DNA of 13,756 nucleotides, taken from UHGV virus genome UHGV-0099327; one strand, written 5' to 3'. How positions within the stretch are numbered: position 1 is the first letter of the stretch; each line of letters begins with the position of its first letter. The stretch comes from a virus. A model generated the notes under the pieces. It did no database searches. It was not told the origin of the DNA and was given only the letters and a program-made list of their open reading frames with translations. Of this stretch, positions 7,420 to 13,756 are shown piece after piece. Both the position numbers and the translations under genes were made by a program.

Positions 7420-7619
7420 TAAGGAATTTTTAAATGAACTAAGCTAATTGCTTATATCTTATTTTATGACGGATAAAGTCAGTAGTAAACAAACGAGAGA
7501 AAATAACGAGGAAGAAGAAACTCTCTGTGTTCATACTAATATTTATATAGTTCACCGAAAGTGTAAACAAAGTCCGAAAAATAATTTAGTGAAAAGCAGG
7601 TGCATTGATGCACATCAAA

Positions 7620-7643
7620 ACGCATCGATAACGCATCGATGCG
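7620..7643. repeat. tandem direct repeat ACGCATCGATA/ACGCATCGATG, the second copy lying within a perfect 12-bp palindrome CGCATCGATGCG; adjacent TGCAT-tg-ATGCA inverted repeat at 7601..7612
   Basis: Read directly from the sequence: two 11-nt copies at 7620..7630 and 7631..7641, and the palindrome at 7632..7643. Operator-like architecture in a stretch with no convincing ORF. Confidence 0.4.
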
Positions 7644-7762
7644 ACTCGGAGAAGTGCATGGACCCTAGAAAAAATCGCCCTATAAGAACAATTGGATAAA
7701 GATGAACTGGAAGGATATAGAAGCAGTACAAAACCTGGAAAACATAGCGAAGCGAGCAGATT

Positions 7763-7888
7763 GCGCGAAGCGCGGGCGAAGCCCTAATTGATAAACATTA
7801 GCGCGAAGCGCGACAGATAACACTATCGAACTTGATTACTAGCTACTGATTAGATGTTTCTAGATAAAGATTATTAGCGCTTCGCGCG
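7763..7888. repeat. cluster of GC-rich mini-hairpin repeats (GCGC-GAA-GCGC, GGGC-GAA-GCCC, GCGC-TTC-GCGC) embedded in AT-rich non-coding DNA
   Basis: GCGCGAAGCGCG at 7763..7774 and 7801..7812, GGGCGAAGCCC at 7774..7784, and the inverted version GCGCTTCGCGCG at 7877..7888. Copies two and three share the 5' flank ATTAGCGC. These are GCGAAGC-type hairpins, known to be unusually stable as DNA. Confidence 0.5.
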
Positions 7889-8350
7889 TTCGCTACGCTC
7901 ACAATATTATTTTTCAGATCTGGATAATAATGATTACTGGATAACTGCATTATACTGTTCGTCTGACAATCAATAAACATAACGATCGATAATTAATTGA
8001 AATAACGTTAATGAGTTCTCCTTCGCTATCGCTACGTCGAACGGGCAAGCCCTATCTTTGATGATAGTAATGATTGACTGCTACATCATCCCTCCTCGCT
8101 TCTCCCTGCTTCTACTGACCTAATGATACTCCAAGTCAATTCCCTGTTATCAAGTTCACCTGATGCTTCCTGCTTCGTTATCGACCTTATTGCTTTTGAC
8201 TCTACGCTTTCAGCTTCGCAGGAAGTACGCCCTGCTGTTTGCAGATCGTTCTAAAGAACTGAGTAATCAAGTTCTCAACTATTTGATTCCTTGCGCCCCA
8301 AAGATGCCTCCAGTATCTGTGGTTTACAATCTACTCATTTGAAATTCAAT

Positions 8351-8378
8351 AAAAAAGGGAGCACTAAGCTCCCTTTTG
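8351..8378. terminator. intrinsic terminator hairpin (GGGAGC-ACTAA-GCTCCC) flanked by A-run and T-run, probably bidirectional
   Basis: 6-bp GC-rich stem at 8357..8362 and 8368..8373, with AAAAAA upstream and TTTT downstream. It lies immediately 3' of the 59-aa minus-strand gene, whose stop is at 8379..8381. Confidence 0.55.
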
Positions 8379-8558
8379 TCATTTCAGATCAAGCACTAAT
8401 GCTTGTTCAAGTTTTTTCTCAAGCAGAGTGTTTAATCCACTTTCGAAAAATTCAATCGCTTGAACGTCTGAGTCTGTTTTTAAGCGAACAGCGGCATCGT
8501 CAACTGTTAACTCTTCGGTCTTAACATCACCGTTTTTATAAACCACATTAGCAATCAT
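8379..8558 (-). CDS. hypothetical small protein (59 aa), not in the supplied ORF track
   Basis: My own translation of the minus strand: AAAGGAGAAAGC-ATG (ATG at 8558..8556) opens a 59-codon frame, MIANVVYKNGDVKTEELTVDDAAVRLKTDSDVQAIEFFESGLNTLLEKKLEQALVLDLK, ending TGA at 8381..8379 and followed directly by the terminator. Strong SD with ideal spacing. Confidence 0.5.
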   Translation of the reverse strand: MIANVVYKNGDVKTEELTVDDAAVRLKTDSDVQAIEFFESGLNTLLEKKLEQALVLDLK

Positions 8559-8796
8559 GCTTTCTCCTTTGTTGCTAAAAAATAATAACCGAATGATATC
8601 ACTTGTTCAATTTTTCTTTCAATCAAATAAGTATCCGATGAATAGTCGGCTCTCTAAACTAGCAGGTATGAAATAGTTCCTTAATTCTGAACTTCCTCAC
8701 TTTGCTTCCTATTTAATATTGCAATTTTAAATCTAGTGTAATTAATTTAGCTACAAACTTGCATTTATTATACATTTAAAAAATCGCCTCCATTCG

Positions 8797-9231
8797 TTAG
8801 GCATTCTCAGTTTCACTCATTTCTCCTTTAGTGCTATTCACACAGCGAAGAAACTGATCCCTCTGATACGCGGCAGTTTTGTCTGACATCTGTTTTTTGA
8901 ATAACTCAAAATCCCCCTCTGTACGTTTAAAAATAATCATGCTAATCGCAGATGGTTTTTTATTAGCCGATTTGCTAGCAAGAAGTTTTTCGATGTTATC
9001 GAATCCGAAAGCCTGATTCACGATTCGTTGTGCTTCAACAGCATCGACAACTTCAACCGTATTTTCAGCTTTAACTTCTTCAACAACTGTATATTCCTCG
9101 ATGTTAGCTTTAACACGACGAACAACAGAACGAGGAACATCGTATTTTTCAGCAAGCTTACTCTCTGACATATCAGTACCAGCGTTTAATTCAGAAGCAA
9201 TTCGGTTTTCAACAGTCAGTTCAGTTTTCAT
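8797..9231 (-). CDS. hypothetical HTH-containing protein (144 aa from Met at 9231), divergent from terL
   Basis: The internal ATG at 9231..9229 is preceded by AGGAGA, whereas the track start at 9288 has no SD. The N-terminal segment SESKLAEKYDVPRSVVRRV looks like a helix-turn-helix. C-terminal part not recognised. Confidence 0.55.
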   Translation of the reverse strand: MKTELTVENRIASELNAGTDMSESKLAEKYDVPRSVVRRVKANIEEYTVVEEVKAENTVEVVDAVEAQRIVNQAFGFDNIEKLLASKSANKKPSAISMIIFKRTEGDFELFKKQMSDKTAAYQRDQFLRCVNSTKGEMSETENA

Positions 9232-9376
9232 TGTCGTTCTCCTGTGTTTTGTTGGAACAGACTTTAACAGGCGGATATCCAGGTGCAAGAACTCTTAGAA
9301 ATAATTTTATGGAGGTTTTCATAAATACAGACAGAGAAATGAAATCCATTTTGGGTTCATCCACTTAGGGCTGATT

Positions 9377-11260
9377 ATGAAAAACTCAAATAAACTGAAA
9401 AGTATCTTACAGAATGCAAAGCGCTTTTTAATGCCACCTCCTGACTACACTCCGTCCGAGTGGGTCGAACAGTACCTGAAATTCCCTGATGGTCCTTATA
9501 CAGGGCAGCCGATGAAACTGTTTGAGTTTCAGAAAGGCATGATTGACGTCATTAAAGAACGTAAGAAGAAAATCGTCTTCGAGACTTCTGCCCAGATTGG
9601 CAAGACAACCATCTTGAACGGAATTCTGTTCTATAAGTCTGCTACTGATCCCGGTAACGCTGGTGTCTTGCAGTCAACCGGTAAAGAGACGACTCAATGG
9701 CTATCAGGCAAGATTCGCCCAATGATTGACGAATCGGAAGAAATGCAACGAATCGTCACCGACAAGAACGACAGAAACGCAGTGAATAACACCAGTCAAA
9801 TTCAGCTACGTGCTGGAGGCTTTTGGTATTTCATGTCGCTCAATAGCCCTTCTCACTTACGCGGTAAAACTCTTCCGCTGATGTTGCTTGATGAAGTTGA
9901 CGCAGTTGAAACAGACACAGAAGAAGGCAACCCGATTATCATCGCGGAACAACGTGCTACGACGTTCGGTGAAGACGCTCGTGTTTTCATTAGCTCGACG
10001 CCTACAAGTAAATACGGTGCTATCCACACGCAGTATGAAGCATCCGACAAGCGCAAGTATCATGTTCCCTGTCCTACATGTGGTCATAAGCACGAACTGA
10101 CGTGGGAGAATATCAAATTCGACTGGGTAAAAATCGATGGTAAATCATTACCTGATCCTAACTCTGCCAGAATTGAATGTCCTGAATGTCATCACGCTTT
10201 CTCTGAAGGCGACCGAGCACGAGCAATTAAACAAGGTGAATGGATTATTCATCAACCTGAAAGTCGAATTGCTGGATTCCACGTAAGTCGTTTATACAGC
10301 CCAATGAGTTCTATCAAATCAGTTGTTGAAGACTATAAGCAAGCATGGCAAACGTTCAGCTTGTCAACGTTTTATAACACTGTTCTTGGTCTACCGTTTG
10401 ATGATTTAAACGAAGACATTGAGGTTAGTAAATTAGAAACACTCAAGACGAATATCGGCATCAGCAATATACCAGAAGACACGTTGTTTTTAACCGCTGG
10501 GGTTGACCAACAGCAAGACCGTTTAGAAGTAACCTTGATGGGTCACAACGAACGAACCGTTTATATTCTTGCACATCGTAGCTTTATGACAATGAACGCT
10601 GAGGTTATCGATTCCCCTGCTTATAAAGAACTTCTTGCATACGTTAAAGCACCGTTCAGAACAGCTTTGGGAAGAAAGGTTCCTTTAGCGTGGGTGAACG
10701 TCGATAGCTCAAACGGTCGAGCAACTAAAACAATCTATCGTTTCTGCTCTCAGTGGACAAACCTGAAAGCAATTAAAGGTGCCAGCTCTGTTGATGCCCC
10801 TTATGTTCCAACGAAAATCACGAAAACCGGTGGTTATGAACTTTATATGATTGGTGTAAACCAAGGAAAAAACTTAGTTCGTGAACTGCTAAACAGAAGC
10901 GTGAAATCTGGAAATACACCAGTCAGAGTCGAAATCTCTGATGATGTTCCAGATGATTACTGCGAACAGCTTATGTCCGAAGAATTAAAACGCTCTGGTA
11001 ATACTGTTAGATGGGTTATTAAACAAGGCGGTGTTCGTAACGAAGGTCTTGACTGCTTTAACTACGGTTATTGCGCGCGTCTGCAAGTTCTAGAGAAAAT
11101 CAAATTTCACGAGTGGAGGAAACTCGCTGCTAAACCTGATATTGAAATGCCAGAAGAACAAAACGAAACAAATTCTCCTATTATTCAAACTCCTGAACCT
11201 CGTCGAAACATTATCAAACGAAACAGACCAGTTAATAAGCCTCGTGGTTTCGGATTATAA
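9377..11260 (+). CDS. terL: terminase large subunit, lambda GpA family
   Basis: 627-aa product with Walker A-like ETSAQIGKTT and Walker B-like LMLLDEVDAV. Blocks resemble lambda gpA: HVPCPTCGHKHEL ... CPECHH (Cys-rich), FHVSRLYSP, LTAGVDQQQDRLEVTLMG, IKGASS, GLDCFNYGYCA. Length is close to lambda gpA (about 641 aa). Confidence 0.9.
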   Translation: MKNSNKLKSILQNAKRFLMPPPDYTPSEWVEQYLKFPDGPYTGQPMKLFEFQKGMIDVIKERKKKIVFETSAQIGKTTILNGILFYKSATDPGNAGVLQSTGKETTQWLSGKIRPMIDESEEMQRIVTDKNDRNAVNNTSQIQLRAGGFWYFMSLNSPSHLRGKTLPLMLLDEVDAVETDTEEGNPIIIAEQRATTFGEDARVFISSTPTSKYGAIHTQYEASDKRKYHVPCPTCGHKHELTWENIKFDWVKIDGKSLPDPNSARIECPECHHAFSEGDRARAIKQGEWIIHQPESRIAGFHVSRLYSPMSSIKSVVEDYKQAWQTFSLSTFYNTVLGLPFDDLNEDIEVSKLETLKTNIGISNIPEDTLFLTAGVDQQQDRLEVTLMGHNERTVYILAHRSFMTMNAEVIDSPAYKELLAYVKAPFRTALGRKVPLAWVNVDSSNGRATKTIYRFCSQWTNLKAIKGASSVDAPYVPTKITKTGGYELYMIGVNQGKNLVRELLNRSVKSGNTPVRVEISDDVPDDYCEQLMSEELKRSGNTVRWVIKQGGVRNEGLDCFNYGYCARLQVLEKIKFHEWRKLAAKPDIEMPEEQNETNSPIIQTPEPRRNIIKRNRPVNKPRGFGL

Positions 11261-11280
11261 ATATAAGAAAGGAGAACTCA

Positions 11281-11775
11281 ATGCAAAAATCAAATTCAGA
11301 AATTTACATCGGTGAAAAACTCGCTGTTTATAATCCTGAAGGTGCAACAGTCTCCATAGGCTCAACTGAAACTAAATTGTTTTCTCAAACTGATTGTCCA
11401 GCGAATATCTCGGTGGACACATCAGATTTTATCGAAGGAACTTTTTCTGTTGTTGTTCTCTATGAAGGTGCGCTTATCAGTAACAGCATTATCAAAGTGA
11501 AATCACCATTCGTTTCAAAAACGAAAAAAGAACAACTCAGGGAAATGATTAACGATATCGATACGGTTATTCAGTATCGTCTGACAAGTAACGAAGAAGC
11601 TATTCAGCAAATGAGCATTAACGGTAAATCATTCGTATATGAAACCCTTGATTCTCTGCTATTAGCTCGCAAACGTCTATTAGCAAACTTGGCGAATCTG
11701 ATTAAGTCAGAACAAATGGCAAACGGTAAATCTCCGATTGTTACTATTAAAGCGAGGTTCACGAATCCATCATGA
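11281..11775 (+). CDS. gpW-like head-tail joining/head completion protein with N-terminal extension (putative)
   Basis: Strong SD (AAAGGAGAA) before the ATG. Sits between terL and portal, where lambda has gpW. The C-terminal ~70 aa (SINGKSFVYETLDSLLLARKRLLANL) loosely resemble the gpW fold signature. At 164 aa it is much longer than lambda W (68 aa). Confidence 0.4.
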   Translation: MQKSNSEIYIGEKLAVYNPEGATVSIGSTETKLFSQTDCPANISVDTSDFIEGTFSVVVLYEGALISNSIIKVKSPFVSKTKKEQLREMINDIDTVIQYRLTSNEEAIQQMSINGKSFVYETLDSLLLARKRLLANLANLIKSEQMANGKSPIVTIKARFTNPS

Positions 11776-13337
11776 CATTAAAAGAATTTTTCACATTTAA
11801 AAAACCAGAACCTGAAAAGCGTTCGAAGGGTTACAGATTAGTAAATTACAAACAACCAAAGCTTATTATCGATAACGACAAAGCTTATGGTTCAGAGATG
11901 AAACGTCTTATGGGTCCTCGTGTTGACCGTTTGGATGGTGATTTCAATACTAATCTGATCAGAACTGCAACGATTAATAACGAGATTCGAGGCAACGTTG
12001 AAAAACTGCGTGATATGTCCCGAACTCTGACAGTTAATAGTCCGTTTGCAAAACATGCAGCACAATATCAGATTGATAACGTTATTGGTGAAGGTATTAA
12101 TCCTCAACTGCGTATTCTTCAATCTAATGGTAAACCGAATAAGAAACTGAACTCTGCTATTTCAAATCAGTTTTATTTCTGGGCAGACTCTGCAAAACGT
12201 TTCAGTAAAAACGAGCGTATGAACTGGCGCAGATTCCAAGAAATGGTTGAACGTTCTCGCTTCGTTGATGGTGAAGTTTTTATCCGTATCTATGAAACAG
12301 AAACTGAATTTAAACTCGAACTGATTGAAGCAGCTCGCTGTAAATTCGGTGAAAGAGCAACAACTGAAAACGGTTATATTCTTGACGGTATCGAATACGA
12401 CGCATCGAATACACCGATTCGTTATTACTTTGACAGCGTAAACCAATCGACTCAGACAGCATCAGGAAAGTCTTATTCTGTTGAAGCATCAGACGTTATT
12501 CATTATTTCAAAGACGAGTTCCCTGATCAGCGTAGAGGTTATCCAGAGATAACTCCTAATATCGACGTTATGAATCAATACGACGCTTTTACAAAAGCCA
12601 CTCTTGTTCAAAAACGTGCTGCTGCAAGTTCTATGGGTTTCATCACTCAAGATAAAGACGGTCAGGATAACATCGAACTCGATGACGATAACGAAATGCA
12701 AGAAACTCCTGAAATCATTCAGAACTTTGAATCAGGAACAATTCATCAATTGCCTGCTGGTTACGATATCAAGCAGTTTAGCTCTACTCAGGGCGGTGAT
12801 GATTACTTGAATTTCACAAGTCGTCTGGAAGATATGCTTTCGATGGGTTACGGCTTTTATAAGCAAGGTTGGAAAGGTGATACGTCAGGTATTAACTATT
12901 CTGCGGCTCGCTTCGGTGATTTAACTCAACGTAATAAATTCCGTTCTGTTCAACGCAATATTAAAGAGCAAGTTTTTGAAACTATCTTTGAACGTTGGTT
13001 GACTTGGATGATTATGCAAGAACGAATTCAAATGCGCATGACTGCTATTCCAGAGATGTTAAGACAGACTGTTTGGACATATCCAAAATGGGCATCAATC
13101 GACCCAAGCAAAGACGCACAGAAAGACGCGCTTGATGTTGAAAACGGTTTTAAATCTGCTGCTGACGTAATTATTGAACGCGGTGAAGATCCAGAACTGG
13201 TGTTTGCTCAGATTGAACAAGAGAAAACTCGTTTTGTTCCGAAATACAGTAATCAAATTGCGGTTGCTTCTGTTGCTGCTGATGCGCAAGTGGAAGTTGC
13301 TGAAATTAATTCGGATAACAGCCAGAAAAACATCTAA
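11772..13337 (+). CDS. portal protein, lambda gpB-type
   Basis: 521-aa ORF whose start overlaps the upstream stop (ATGA). Position after terL and W, length and sequence character (for example GYDIKQFSSTQGGDDYLNFTSRLEDMLSMGYG, SAARFGDLTQRNKFRSVQ) are consistent with lambda-family portals. Confidence 0.8.
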   Translation: MTLKEFFTFKKPEPEKRSKGYRLVNYKQPKLIIDNDKAYGSEMKRLMGPRVDRLDGDFNTNLIRTATINNEIRGNVEKLRDMSRTLTVNSPFAKHAAQYQIDNVIGEGINPQLRILQSNGKPNKKLNSAISNQFYFWADSAKRFSKNERMNWRRFQEMVERSRFVDGEVFIRIYETETEFKLELIEAARCKFGERATTENGYILDGIEYDASNTPIRYYFDSVNQSTQTASGKSYSVEASDVIHYFKDEFPDQRRGYPEITPNIDVMNQYDAFTKATLVQKRAAASSMGFITQDKDGQDNIELDDDNEMQETPEIIQNFESGTIHQLPAGYDIKQFSSTQGGDDYLNFTSRLEDMLSMGYGFYKQGWKGDTSGINYSAARFGDLTQRNKFRSVQRNIKEQVFETIFERWLTWMIMQERIQMRMTAIPEMLRQTVWTYPKWASIDPSKDAQKDALDVENGFKSAADVIIERGEDPELVFAQIEQEKTRFVPKYSNQIAVASVAADAQVEVAEINSDNSQKNI

Positions 13338-13390
13338 ATACATTCAGTAAAACAAAGAGCGTCGAAAGACGCTCAACAAGAGGAATCGAA

Positions 13391-13756
13391 ATGCTAAAAC
13401 TAAAACGCGATTTCGAAGCCCAAGAAATTAAAATTACTGATGATAGTTATGAAATTGCGTTCTCAAGTGAAACTCCTGTTGAACGTCAAATTCTCGATAG
13501 TTACGGTCAACCAATAACAGTTAACGAAATTCTTTTGCATGACGGCCCTCAAAATGCTGACCTCGAGCGAATTAATAACGGTGCTGCTCTGTTGTTTAAC
13601 CATAATTTCGACAATCATCTAGGCGTTGTAATTCCTGGGTCTGTAAGAATCGATAATGACCGTAAAGGTCGCGCTGTTGTTAAATTCAGTAAAGTTGGTC
13701 AATTAGCTAAGGAAGGTGCGAATAAGCGGGGAAATTCTTCTCGGCTGACTCAGTCA
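13391..13756 (+). CDS. prohead protease (HK97-type), 5' partial; runs off the window end
   Basis: ATG at 13391 is preceded by AAGAGGAA. The N-terminal segment EIAFSSETPVERQILDSYGQPITVNEILLHDGP ... ALLFNHNFDNHLGVV ... DRKGRAVVKFSK resembles HK97-family prohead proteases. It is in the expected position after the portal gene. Confidence 0.55.
   Translation, partial: MLKLKRDFEAQEIKITDDSYEIAFSSETPVERQILDSYGQPITVNEILLHDGPQNADLERINNGAALLFNHNFDNHLGVVIPGSVRIDNDRKGRAVVKFSKVGQLAKEGANKRGNSSRLTQS

Noticed and set aside
7515-7545. TATAAATA on the minus strand (T4 late-promoter consensus) near 7535
   Set aside because: A single AT-rich 8-mer in an AT-rich genome is expected by chance, and there is no evidence of T4-type late transcription factors in the window.
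7448-7699. 83-aa + strand ORF
   Set aside because: No SD, low-complexity composition, and it covers palindromic and tandem-repeat DNA; more likely regulatory sequence.
8291-8524. 77-aa + strand ORF
   Set aside because: It runs straight through the terminator hairpin at 8351..8378 and is antisense to a well-signalled 59-aa minus-strand gene; the minus-strand gene is the better model.
9232-9288. Longer N-terminus (start 9288) for the 144-aa HTH protein
   Set aside because: No SD before 9288, while the internal ATG at 9231 has AGGAGA at good spacing.
9101-10100. Small ORFs 9101..9298 (+), 9853..10056 (-), 9857..10093 (-) and 9888..10100 (+)
   Set aside because: They overlap or lie inside the 144-aa gene and terL in other frames; no independent support.
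11892-13343. Minus and plus-strand ORFs (11892..12122, 12162..12446, 12489..12701, 12604..12810, 13095..13343) overlapping the portal gene
   Set aside because: Antisense or alternative-frame ORFs within a confidently called structural gene.
1-13756. Searched by eye for tRNA-like T-loop/acceptor signatures, CRISPR-style spaced direct repeats, integrase or att sites, and a Dam methylase (DPPY) like the one reported next to the original Ec67 retron
   Set aside because: None found. The repeats present are short hairpins or iteron-like motifs, not CRISPR arrays, and no DPPY/NPPY methylase motif was seen in any long ORF.

Overview
This AT-rich window reads as the late/packaging region of a tailed phage or prophage, interrupted by two accessory loci. 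The + strand backbone is a T4-type endolysin, a Nu1-like small terminase, a lambda GpA-type large terminase, a gpW-like protein, a lambda-type portal and the start of an HK97-type prohead protease. The first accessory locus (1768..2951) is a translationally coupled two-gene operon between endolysin and terS; its larger product ends in a TIR-like nucleotide-binding domain typical of anti-phage effectors. The second is a ~5.5 kb block of minus-strand genes (about 3.9..9.3 kb) wedged between terS and terL. It carries an Ec67-like retron (msr-msd ncRNA flanked by 11-bp inverted repeats, plus a reverse transcriptase fused to a TOPRIM domain), several small or HTH proteins of unknown function, intrinsic terminators and a cluster of GC-rich GCGAAGC-type mini-hairpins. 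All calls rest on reading the sequence and on remembered family motifs; no database search or computation was run. No tRNA, rRNA, CRISPR array, integrase or transposase was recognised.
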